Positions 42,600 to 53,612 of a DNA stretch of 64,000 bases are shown here, piece by piece. This DNA is from Ophelia neglecta. Its lineage: Eukaryota. The translations under genes and the position numbers were made by a program. The stretch is from NCBI GenBank assembly GCA_965285935.1, contig OZ260662.1, positions 69,564,001-69,628,000 of the forward strand, written 5' to 3'. Under the pieces are notes generated by a model. The model made no database searches. It was given only the letters and a program-made list of their open reading frames with translations, and had not been told where the DNA came from. How positions within the stretch are numbered: position 1 is the first letter of the stretch; the number at the start of each line of letters is the position of its first letter.

Positions 42600-43150
42600 C
42601 TACACTGTGTGCAAACATTAACTCCTAGGTTTTGTTTCGCTTTCAAGTAGATGTATCGATCAACATAACTATAACATCTGTTTTAGACAAAAATATAAAA
42701 ACTTAAATTAATTTGTTTATCCATGGCTTTGGGTGTGGTCAGTGAAACAGCGTCGAGGCAAGATATCAACTAAAAATGACAAAACTATCTCTCCCCAGAT
42801 TCAAATTCCTATATGGCAACATATACCAACTGGCCAACCAAGTCAATTCAAATGTGCATGATGCCGGATCCAAACGACTTTTTCATCATGCAGATATCGG
42901 TCACGACCTAGAGTGAATCCGGAGCACCGTTCAGAACAACGCGACAAGCTAAAACATTTAACAGGCTGAAAGAGGACAATCATTGCCAATCGAGTATGAT
43001 ATATGACATATTTCAGCAATAGCAATCATTGTCACATTATAACGCCATAGTTCCCCTTCAATTACGAGCAGACGACAGTCGATATTGGAATAATACTCTG
43101 TAAATTCCTTATCAAGGAGACTAGTGTAATTGGATAATGATTGTGTGTCA
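42600..43150 (-). mobile_element. Decayed LINE RT relic (N-terminal RT motifs)
   Basis: In minus-strand order: DTQSLSNYTSLL (NYRPISLL), SGFTLGR (QxGFRxGR), FLVDI..gcctcgacgctgtttcac (FLDISKAFDxVSH) and YLKAKQNLGVN (YLxxRxQxVxVN). Confidence 0.4.
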
Positions 43151-44509
43151 GACCCAATGGCAGATTTCAGGATCAAGTGGGAGTCCTTGTATTCTAGGTA
43201 TTAAGTACTCGGTTGACCGCTGAGTTTTCATTGATAGTGGTTTTAGTACAAGCTGGCAATAACACAACAAATAGCGAAGATCAAAGAAATCCTGAGACAG
43301 ACGGTATTTACAATATTTTATAGAAAAGTTGCTGTTCCAAAGTTAATTTGAAATAATCTTAATTACTGAATGAAAAACATGAAAGCCTTGTGCAGTTGAC
43401 TGGATCTTTTAAGAAGTCTAATGGATACAATTTACGACGCTATATGAATATCATTGTGTACTAGACAACCTTCTATAGGATACAAGTCACCGTGAACCAG
43501 AAGTCTTCAGACTAATATGACTAGTGAGGGTACCTGACAAAGAACAGCCATTCCACACAAGTGAACAGGCAGCAGCACAAATAGAAGAAATACAATCAAT
43601 ATAATTTAAAATAGGCCTGGATCTAATGAATATTGAGAAACGTGTACCAGTATGAGCTGAACTATGTACACGTGAACAATGCAACATGTTTGGCGTCATT
43701 CAGAACTCGTAACCAATATAGCTCACTTCATTTTACACTATTTTCTGGGACCCTATGCAATAGTAGAACATGCCGTGTGCTTTTGGCTGGAAATTGCCTT
43801 ATTCAGCGAAGAGGGATGTTAAATGATATTGCGCAATATCATCAGGCCTAGATTGGAATTTCTCTTCGACGAAAAATCTTCATAATAAAGTAGTTTTATT
43901 AGCTGCAGTAATGGATTAGGACGATGCGTTTCTTTTAACATCTATAGTTTGCTAGGAGGATGCTATAAGCTACTAATTTCCGTTTGTCGCTCCGTACGGT
44001 AAGGAAAGTGGGCCTTGGCTTTGCAGGGGGTATTCCGTCATCCGTCAATAAGAAATTGTGATGTTTAGCAAATATCCTTGACATACTAAGTTTTTTTTTC
44101 CAAATCAACATTACTGAGAAGTTTTGAAATAAAAGTGGCTGATCATCATTTGTAATGATATATACAGGTATATAGCTGCCGCCTCTCTCTCAAGAACTGT
44201 CGGGTGGTATACAATCAAATCAGAACGATCAATAGGCCGAGATGGATGGATGGCCCCCGGAAAGGCCTGGAATCTTTCCAATGTGGCAGTACTAAAGAGT
44301 TTGTTTATGTGGTCTTGTAGATTCGTGATTTATCTCTGAATTATTTAGGACGTTCATTTGGCTAATATCACTAGTCGTATTGTGCAAATGCAATAGGCAT
44401 CTATTTCAATGAAATTCTGGTAGAAAGGAATCCAGAAATCGCGAGGCTAATCTGCGTTCGTGAATGCTTTCTACACAGGCGCAAGTACTCCACATAAGAA
44501 ATGTCAATA

Positions 44510-44684
44510 CAGTGAAACCTACCCTAAAGACCACCTCTATATTCAGACCACCTAGCAATTCAGACCACTAATCTGGCACCCTAATGTACATTTTAATGTA
44601 AAGTAACCTGTGTACACGGATCACCTCCATAACCAGACCAGTATTTTCCGGCCCTTGGGTGGTCTCAATTCACAGGTTTTACTG
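44510..44684 (-). mobile_element. MITE family A copy 3 (inverted orientation)
   Basis: Structure is TA|CAGTGAAACCT...CAGGTTTTACTG|TA. Its reverse complement aligns along its full length with 45597-45774. Confidence 0.9.
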
Positions 44685-45596
44685 TATATGTACACGCAAT
44701 GTGCTTTGCTTTATGGTTTATTCAAGTTTATTCTATACTACTTCTCAGGTATCGGGACCTCATTGATTTGGGTCGTCTTATAATCCGTGCCGGTCAATGA
44801 GCCTGTAGATCTAAAGTGAACAGGTGCACGTTTCTCTAACAAGATTAAAGCAATAAAGTTGGCTTCTACAGTTTTCTACTACATGCACTTTCTGTTGCTT
44901 GCCCCCCCCCCCCCCCGCTCCCCCGGCGTAGGCCTTTGATTATTGTGAAACACACATCACGCAATTATTTATATATTACATTTACCTGTACAGATAACAC
45001 AATGAGACACTAATGAAGAGAGACAGCGTTTCCCCGTTGCCATCTCGAACGTTCCCAATAGACAGGGTATTTGCTATGTCTTTACGTTCTGTTTAATATC
45101 CCAAAGGGCTTAAAGCCCTTTAAGTATATAAGTCACCGATCAAGTCTTCTCCATCATACCTGTCACGGCCCTTTGCTAATTATACACATTCATCATATGA
45201 TACTGTTGTATATTATCATATCATACCCAGTGCGATTTATAAGTAATACATTTTCACCAATAACATAACTATATATAAGGTATACACTATATATATATTC
45301 TACTAAATGTGTTATTCCTTGCTTGGGTATGTGTCTTAGTCACAGATAAGTTCTGCCTCTAGATGCCCCCAGCCTTCCAGTGGTGATCGTTATTGATGTT
45401 CGTCCATTTCCTTAGCATGTTGAAAGCTCTGGTGCTAATGTGTTCTGACCAGCCGCTGTGCCATTCTTCCCGGAAGCTCGCAGGCGGTCAAGGGGCCAAT
45501 GGCTGTCCTGTCAGATTGGGGGACTTGGAGAGCTGGCTGACCCAAGATAATAGGCGTTGTAGACGAGGACACTTTCCTACAGTAATGCACGGTATA

Positions 45597-45774
45597 CAGT
45601 GAAACCTGTGAATTGAGACCACCCAAAGGGTCTGGAATAAACTGGTCTGATTATGGAGGTGATCTGTATACACAGGTTAATTTACAATAAAAATCTACAT
45701 TAGGGTTTTCTGATAAGTGGTCTGAATTGCCAGGTGGTCTGAATATAGAGGTGGTCTTTAGGCAGGTTTCACTG
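45597..45774 (+). mobile_element. MITE family A copy 4
   Basis: It has perfect 12-bp TIRs CAGTGAAACCTG/CAGGTTTCACTG flanked by TA, and several internal (G)GTGGTCT-like motifs. Confidence 0.9.
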
Positions 45775-48338
45775 TATATTGAACAGCATCAGTCTATAGA
45801 TTGTGAAGGACCATACATATAGTCATAAGTTAAGGTTTATGGTAACACCACGATGGTGAAGTACTATTTATCAATCCATTCAATGACAGTCCCGATTAAG
45901 GAGCATCTCTTCATCCGCCAGGTCAACCAAGTCATAAGGACCCAAACAGTGTTGTAATGAGTACGTGAACTTAGATAATCTATGACTTAGATCGTGTAGA
46001 TCTAGATCGACTGGTTAAATGATCAGTCCCTATCACAGTAAGAGTTCTGAATAGCCCTCGCAGACGATAGACCCAGAGATAATATCGCAGACGGCTCAAA
46101 ACATGCTGACGTTATGAGCCAAGATTGATTACATAACTAACAAAGTCTAAGGGTTTGTAGCAGCATCATGACCTGACTCTGTGACATCAAAAAGGCGTGG
46201 GCAAAAACCTACTATTTTACAGTCAAGGATGAGATGGTAATCAGCGACAAATCTGCAAATATCCGGCGCCAGGGAGTCTAGAATTAATGTGATTCCTGGA
46301 ATAGCAACATTAATACTATTTTGGTGGCTGAGGGGCGTAACGAATGTCTATTTTACTCCCAAAAGAGTTGCAAAACAAATGAAATAAGCTAATAAATAAG
46401 CAAGAACAGCAAGGAATTATTTCGGTACCATGGGTAGAGCCTTATTATATCGGTGTTGGGCCATGATTTGGGGAATTACGCCTTTAACAAATGCAGAAAA
46501 ATATGCGCCTTTGTTCCCGGAGGCGGGCGGGCACTCGGTAATTACAGAAAACAAGGCGTTATTATTACATGGCCACCGTTATGGGCAATTAGGATATTTT
46601 GTTAAAATAGGAAACAAATTTGAAGTCAAATCCCGATTAGATAACCGAGTTTAGCTATTGAGAAATTTAATCTAAGCTTAAACAAGCAAAAGTGATACTG
46701 TTTAGAGGTTAAACCACCAGTAGAAGGCCAACATGTTTCCTGTGGTGCATTCGGCAGACCACTTGCCAACAATATCATTCACATATTTCCAAAAACAAGT
46801 ACAAGCCTAAAGCATACGAAATAAAACAATGCAAGTCGACAATGCAAGTACATCGCGTATATGATTGATAACAACTGGAAGAGTACACTCTAAAGGGGAA
46901 ATTCCGTTAGTCAACTGATGTGCCAGACATTACCCTTGATTAAGAATGCATCTTTCCTAAAACCTAAAACTGGAGTCAATATTACAGATAATTCATGTAC
47001 ATAATTTCAATCACACTCAATTGCCAAACAGACAGAGTAATCAGACATATTAAGTGAAGTAGGCATGGTTTTCCTCCCCAATTGAATCTGACACATAATA
47101 TCTCGTAAATATGGTTTGTAGACTATTTACCCAAATGATTACTCGCTAACAATGGGCTGAATTGGCCAAACCCATTAGACATATAAGGTAATTCGTCGTC
47201 ACAACTAATTCTCGTCTGTTTATAGGAAAACACCCATTGTGTAGACCAATAAATGTGCGTTCGGCTAGAACCAATGGGAATTGTAAATTCGCCTAATATA
47301 CTAGTAACACAAATATTTGAACACTACTGGCGTGTGAAGTTCACCAGGGGCTGTTGTAAAGCAAACCCACATTACATGAATGGATCATTGAAGTCCATTT
47401 CTTAATCCCCAGTCAAATGTTATCCGGTCCCCAAACTAACACTTGAGAGTCTCTTTGTTAATGGTCGACGTGACAATAAATAGGTAGACTCTTTACTTAT
47501 TATACATGAGCTGATTCTGAACAATATCAATCCGCAGCTATCATAGCCACCCAAAACGACCCATCCAGTTAAATAAATAAATCTTTGTACCAATTTGACC
47601 CGAGGTGTCAACCTAACAGTACTTCATTACATCGCGGAGGTATACACTGTTAATGTGCGAATAGGTAATATATGGCTGGCCGCTTTTCAAGACCATCTTG
47701 ACCCTCCATGAACCGTGGCCCTTCTCCACAAGTAGCCTTGTCACGTCTTTCAGCGCAAACAACATCCAAATCTGGGGAGTCGGGTTACAATTTTTTCGAG
47801 CAAACGGCAGCTGCATTTCACAAGTGTCCAGTTCTCGGTTTATATTTAACTTAGTTAGCCTCCATAGAGAGTGGCGTGTAATTTGCCCACAGAAGCCAGT
47901 GGTGCGTTATCAACTTCACAAATCACACAGGGGACCCTTGATATGGAAAGAAAAGGTGATCGATGGGCATTAGTAGACCTACACTATACAAAGGCCTAAA
48001 TAAGAGAGGTTCCACAACTCTGACACACATGTTGGTCGTGTTTATATATATATATATACAGGCCACTTAACCGTGTAAGTGTCTGTCTCACTCGAAGAGG
48101 ATCTGTTCGGTCTAGCTGCTACATCTCGTAACTTCGTACACAACGACAAAGGTCTATTAAATAGCCAGATATTCATGTAGTCTGTATGTATATGTATCTA
48201 CACTCTAGACTAACCATTAACTTGAGAACATGCAAGTTGAAAAGTTCACCTAGTTTGAACCGTATCGTCTGCGGCCTGAATATGAATCAGTGATCTAAGT
48301 TAGTGTAAAGCAGTGTAACAAACTAGTAAAAGAAAGTG

Positions 48339-48347
48339 ACTCACCTG
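48339..48347 (-). other. 5' splice donor (CAG|GTGAGT, phase 0) of the adenylyl cyclase exon
   Basis: The plus strand reads actcac-ctg at 48339-48347, which is CAG|GTGAGT on the minus strand, a near-perfect U2 donor. It falls after ...LLWRQ, where animal adenylyl cyclases typically have an intron. Confidence 0.9.
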
Positions 48348-49019
48348 TCTCCATAGCAACAAAGGAAAGTAGTTGGCAACCAGAATAGCCACCACGCTGT
48401 GGACGATGGGTAACAGTATTCCGAACGCTATAGCAACGTAGAGTTTGAAGGGTAGAAAAGCGTAGACCGTAAGAATGACAAAAGCTACCCTCCACACCCC
48501 CTCGGCCGGGGTTAGGGCGCCCCCGGGCGTCTCCTGGAAGTTAACCGGAAGGGAGAGCACAGAGAAACAAAGGCACACTATCAGAATAGCATAGCAGATC
48601 AGTTGTAGATTATTCACTTTCATGTATTTGGTGTGTAGGAACACCAGAATGACCACGTATATCACACAGAGGGCTATATTAGAGATGTTTTCCACGGAGA
48701 TTCGTGACACAAACACAAAATTCAGCACCGCCAGGGCCACGGTCAGGGTTATGTATAGCACCAGCAACACCTGAATTGAGGTGTATTGTATATGAAATAT
48801 GTATCTCCTAAAAAGTTTCTCGTGGCTGGCGTTCTCGAATCGATGCCGGTTGAGGATTCTCGAGCAGAAATCCCGACCCCTGGGGGAAGTATCCAGTGAT
48901 TGAGCGGGTGGCAGGGAGGAACTGGGGGCGGAAGCCTCGTCCACCGGCGGGGGAAAGCTGGCGCTCTGGCCTGGTATCCACATTGCACTCTCCTCGGCAG
49001 AGGTATTGGCCACACTCAT
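48345..49019 (-). CDS. rut: First coding exon (225 aa) of a transmembrane adenylyl cyclase, Rutabaga/ADCY1-like (Ca2+/calmodulin-responsive type); N-terminus plus M1 transmembrane helices
   Basis: It is the longest ORF in the window and has multiple hydrophobic helices. Motifs RFENASHEKLFRRY, LQLICYAIL and AEGVWRVAFVILTVYAFLPF..AIAFGILLPIVH parallel Drosophila Rutabaga as recalled (RFENDELECLYQRY, LPTLCYGIL, AEGVWQIVFVVFLAYAMMPL..AVAFGIALPSVH). There is an in-frame TAG 3 codons upstream of the ATG and an A at -3. Similarity stops at WRQ, exactly at a GTGAGT donor. The family call is firm; rut orthology comes from recalled similarity only. Confidence 0.9.
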
Positions 49020-51419
49020 CCTTTCCTAGTGGTGTGAACTAACAAAAACTAGCCAAAACAACTTATCCTACCTATTCCTACAGTGAACTGCCTGTTTGCT
49101 AAGTTTCCAATGCCATACACACATCAACAAGGCCAAATATCAGAGCACACATTATTTCTATTCCGAGACAACACTGATTGCCACACAGTAAAGATTGGCT
49201 CGGGGCTATACGCCTTTTGGTGACCGGCCGATAGACCCCGTACTCGGTCAAATCCCAACTATCAACACGCTTATCCTGGCGTCTACGCACATAGCCGGTC
49301 CCGACTGAACTACCGAGATATCCTTCTCACAGGCACACACCAGCACGCCATATATACGGCAAGTCGGCGGGACGCCCGCTCACAGCCAGATGGTACCAGG
49401 AAAAGGCGAATCACAGGCCTGCTCTGTATTCTATAGCTGGCCTGCGTCTCGAGAGTCGAACTGACAGACAACCTTTGACACCAGACAACTCAATCCCTCG
49501 CCAGATACGATCAGAGTTTTCCCCTTATTTTTAGAGTCAGATCGATTCCAATATTTCATCTGTTTCCTGGAACAGAAAGAATGGCTATTAGACCAACTTA
49601 GGAAGAAGACACCGAACAATGTACTTCACCGCATTCCACCACTTACATCCCGAGTTACATCCATCAACACAACATTTAGTGTATTGCCGCAGTTTTAAAA
49701 GTGATTTTCATTAGAACCTGTTGAAAGCGTATATACGCCTAGCAGAGCAATCTATCAGCTGACAGAACTGTATATTTGTCCTTAAGACTAGAATTGGTCT
49801 GAATAAATAAAAAGGATAATTGTTAGTAAATACCCGGCGTTTCAGGTGCTCGACTAACAAAGTTCAATCGAAGTGGACCGAACGTGATACGCAGCTATCC
49901 AGAGATCTAGTTCATTTCTATCGAGATAACGGCTTGCCGCCTTACCGCCATCGTGTGAAAAGCCTTCAAATTTGTAGGTGTCGTCTGTTATCATGTTGCC
50001 CACGTGACTTCAGTTCTTGGAGAGGTCATTTCAAGGTCAGTATCCCAGACGTATACTCTGATCTTTCCATTTATTTGTAAATGACATTAACAATATCACA
50101 GAATGCCCCGACTGTTATGTGTATGTATATATTAGAGTTCGAGAGGTCCAGTTTGTTTTCTGTCGGTTGAATTTTCAGCTCCGTAGTCAGCGGTGAATAG
50201 TTCTGTAGTTGGCACGGTTTTACACACACCGCATTATTCCTGCAGGCAGTTTCATCAACACGAACACAAATACAAATTTATTGTAAATGTCCTGCTGCAA
50301 AATGTGACAGGCCATGAATGCTCCGCTTTCTTCCGCCGCCGACTCTGTTTACATCTCACACTCCAACGAGTTCATTCATATCTCGATTCATATACAAGTA
50401 GTCGTCTGATTCATGAATACCTACTCTCCTCCATTTCCCACAATACGCAAAGGGGTCTGAAAGTATAAGTTGTAAGACAGTAAAAATATCATTGATACCA
50501 GTGTTGATGTATTGCCACTGTTTAACCTTTCGTTGGATTCATACCTCAATAAAGCTCCGCCATTGCATCGGTTGGTGAAAAGAAATCGACTTACACCTAG
50601 TTTTGTAAAAAAAACTCGCCTGTTTAGAGTTAAACATCACATTTAACATACCTAACGCAAGACGTGAAATTGTGTATATTAATAGCCCCAGTCATATGAA
50701 TATAAAATAGTCCGAGCTTAGGTATTATTATTGGTGGCTTTGAGCCTGGAATATAAGCTAAATGAGAAGGTTAACTCGGTGTACACCGAGGTACCAACAT
50801 GCACATGTTTCCATCCCCCACGAGGTGGTAATCTGATCAAATCTCGTTCTAGGAACGGTATTACACACGCAGCCAGTATATTCTTAGTGCTTTCATCGAT
50901 GAGAAGTTGGCCCGAATTAGACCCTGAGAGTGAGTATACAGGGAGTGTATAGCGCCAGGGACCTGCTCTCTCTAGCTCTGACTGGGGCAGGAGGTTACTC
51001 GATGTTATACTCAGTATAACAGTCCAATTCATCAGGACAGGTCATATCATCTTTAGCCTGTCAGTGAACATATGGCCGAAAACAATAATGTGCCAGGCAC
51101 GCTTGTGGAACCATTCCTCGAACTCGCCATCTGACAGTCTGGGAAGATGGATGGGTTTGAGCTGCCAGGCGTGTCTGAAGGTTAAAGTCTGTTCCGCTAA
51201 CTAGTAGCCCTCTATAGAGGCAATAAAAACTGAAAACTACTGGGTCAGACAGCAAGTTAATGGCTTAGCCTAATATGTTAATGATTCCCGCGAAAGACCA
51301 GTGTTACATAAACATGTTCCACAGATACAATCAGTCACATGAAGAAGCAGCTGCCTGAAACCGGTGTAACAGTTTGCGAGTCCTGTGGCGGAATCCCCCC
51401 CCCCCCCCCCCCCCGCCCA

Positions 51420-51630
51420 CGGACTACATTTACTTACTCATACCCAAACCCGGGAGTCCCCCGGTCTTGAAAAACTAGTATTTTAAGTCCGCCGGTCTAG
51501 AAATTTTAGATATTTGGGATCCGGTCTTAAAATCTTGGTTTATTAATTCCGCTTGTCCCAAAATACTGGTATATTTTGTTCCCGGGGTCTTATTATCCCA
51601 GGGTTTTAAGTCGGGGGTCTTAACAGCCAA
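51420..51630 (+). repeat. Dispersed repeat family C, copy 1
   Basis: It shares GGGAGTC, CAAAATAC(T/C)GGTATATT and CCCGGGGTCTTATTA in the same order with 62755-62965, and has an internal CCGGTCT(T/A)RAAA motif three times at ~30-bp spacing. Confidence 0.75.
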
Positions 51631-53464
51631 ATAATCTTCTATACCGTTAAGTATGTATTTATATAGCCCTATAAGCTGGTACAATTAGACATTGGGAGAC
51701 ACTCGGCAGTCAGAAGACTCCGAGTACTGATTGTCAAACTGATGATCACAATAAATTTATTTCTTATCATAAAACTTGGTAAATCACGTAGAGCGGAGAA
51801 ACTATAAAGTTCAAGCTATAAAAGCAAAGTCGCAAAATAAAATTAGTTACATGGCTTTCTTATGGCACGATTAATCTGTATGTTAGCAATAAAAATGGCA
51901 TAAAATGTCTATACTATTAGGCCGATATGTCTGGTTGACAGCGCATGCCCTATTTTCATCTTAATTCCGGATCCGTTCAAGCATAGGCAGAACCGAACGT
52001 CAATATACGAGGGTAGCAACTTCACTTATTCATTTAAAGATAACTTGCCTAGTAACATCAATTGTAAAGCAGTTTTTATATTCAGTAAGTTGTGAAGTAA
52101 TTAAATAAATCTTTGATGTGGTTTAATACCGTAGCGGAGCAGAATGTTTATGCATGCCTTAATAGGTTTCCAACACACCTGCATGGGTTATATAAAATCC
52201 TTGGTATGTTTTATTCAAAATTTTCAGTGTAGTTTGATTACTTCTATCTGCCTCTCTTTCGTCACGAGAACAAATTGTGAAGTTTTTCATAATTTGACCT
52301 GTCATTTGCGTTATATAGCGTGACTGGCAACTTGTTATACCTCGTACGTTGGATTTTTGCCAGTTGAAGTTCATTGTAGGCCTATAGCAAAATGATACAT
52401 ATTATTGTAAACCAACTGACCTGATAATATGCACAAAAATGCCCATTAACATTTTCCAGTTAGAAGCTGCCGTCAAATTGAATTATGCACACTGACATAG
52501 GCTCTGGCATTATTGTGTTATCCCGCTTCATTTTCCATGCAATTACAGTCCTCTCGCCCTTTCATCCCGACCAAGCTCCCCCAAGCCGGTTGAAAATCCT
52601 TGTCCTTGAACACCCAACCGGCCTGACCCGTCGCACAGGGGCAAGGCCAAACCTTTCCAGACGATTACTTGATTTTATTTTCTTTCAATTACTGGTCCCT
52701 ATAGTAGTTATTATGTATATGATGTCGGTGTATGTGCAGCAACAGGGCGAGCCAATATTACAATATTTAATCAAGGACCATTTTAAGTTAGCATGCTTCC
52801 ATGCTAAGTTTGAAAATATATAAATCCGCAGCCTCAATCAAAGGCTTAAATTCTTAGGATAAACATAGCCATTGATGGTTATAATAGCCTCATCGGAGTC
52901 TGCTGCGAACAAAATGTCTGCCGCCGGCTGGGAGGTACGAAATGTCGATCTCTAGCGCTGTTTATTTGCTCTGTATAAAGTGTCGGTGAAATGTCAATGG
53001 ATAATCAAGGAATACACGACATAACAGAACTTAAGTAATTTGCGGTATTGAGCAATATTTGATCACATCCTCAGAACATTAGTGAGTGCTTGATTAGCCT
53101 CTCCGCTGAGAAACAACAGGCCCTTGGGAAGAAGGGTCTGTTTATTCCCTCTCGGAATGAAGTTCAAACTTTAGAAGATGAAGAGCGAACAGAAATCGAT
53201 GAAGTAATCTTATAATGGACGCCAGGCAGCGTGAGTAGACAGACTGGACAGAATCACTCGCCCTCGCGTCGTCTTCCCTGACATACAGACACACGTAATA
53301 GATAATTTTCAGAGCAGATGTATTCAGGAGGATTGTTAGACACCCATTCTGATAGGAATCGACCTAGTCGAACATAAATATCACACCACCTTACACTGAT
53401 AGTGTTAAACAGCCTTCTTAAAACCAGAATACAAGGTTCGGTTTTTCGTTGTTGCCGACCAAAT

Positions 53465-53612
53465 ATGGTAAAGTCCGAATTCCGCGCAGGAAGTGGCAAA
53501 CGTGTACGGATTCAGTGCGCAGGATACGAAAACTTATTGCGCGGAACAGAAAGCTGCGCGAAATAAACTGATTTTATAGGGTGCGCGAAATAAGGCTATA
53601 TTCTGCGCGTTA
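53465..53612. repeat. Cluster of GCGCG(A/G)AA motifs, probably a decayed DNA-transposon/MITE relic
   Basis: TGCGCGAAATAA occurs at 53555 and 53582, with related motifs at ~53479, 53538 and 53604, in an otherwise AT-rich context. Confidence 0.45.

Larger units (their letters stand above)
1..48344 (-). other. Probable very large intron of the adenylyl cyclase gene (continues beyond the window start)
   Basis: It starts at the GT donor. No ORF-track entry or visible segment encodes the expected next exon (L.AN..IF..VN..G...ME.AQR..FLDTRNCI..RL...DENEKL). A short exon could have been missed by eye. Confidence 0.55.

Noticed and set aside
48300-48344. C-terminal VSHFLLLVCYTALH of the 239-aa ORF as real coding sequence
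   Set aside because: It lies past the GTGAGT donor, and cyclase similarity ends at WRQ.
48749-49015. Overlapping 88-aa ORF (and 48295-48495) as separate genes
   Set aside because: These are alternative frames of the GC-rich cyclase exon with no recognisable protein features.
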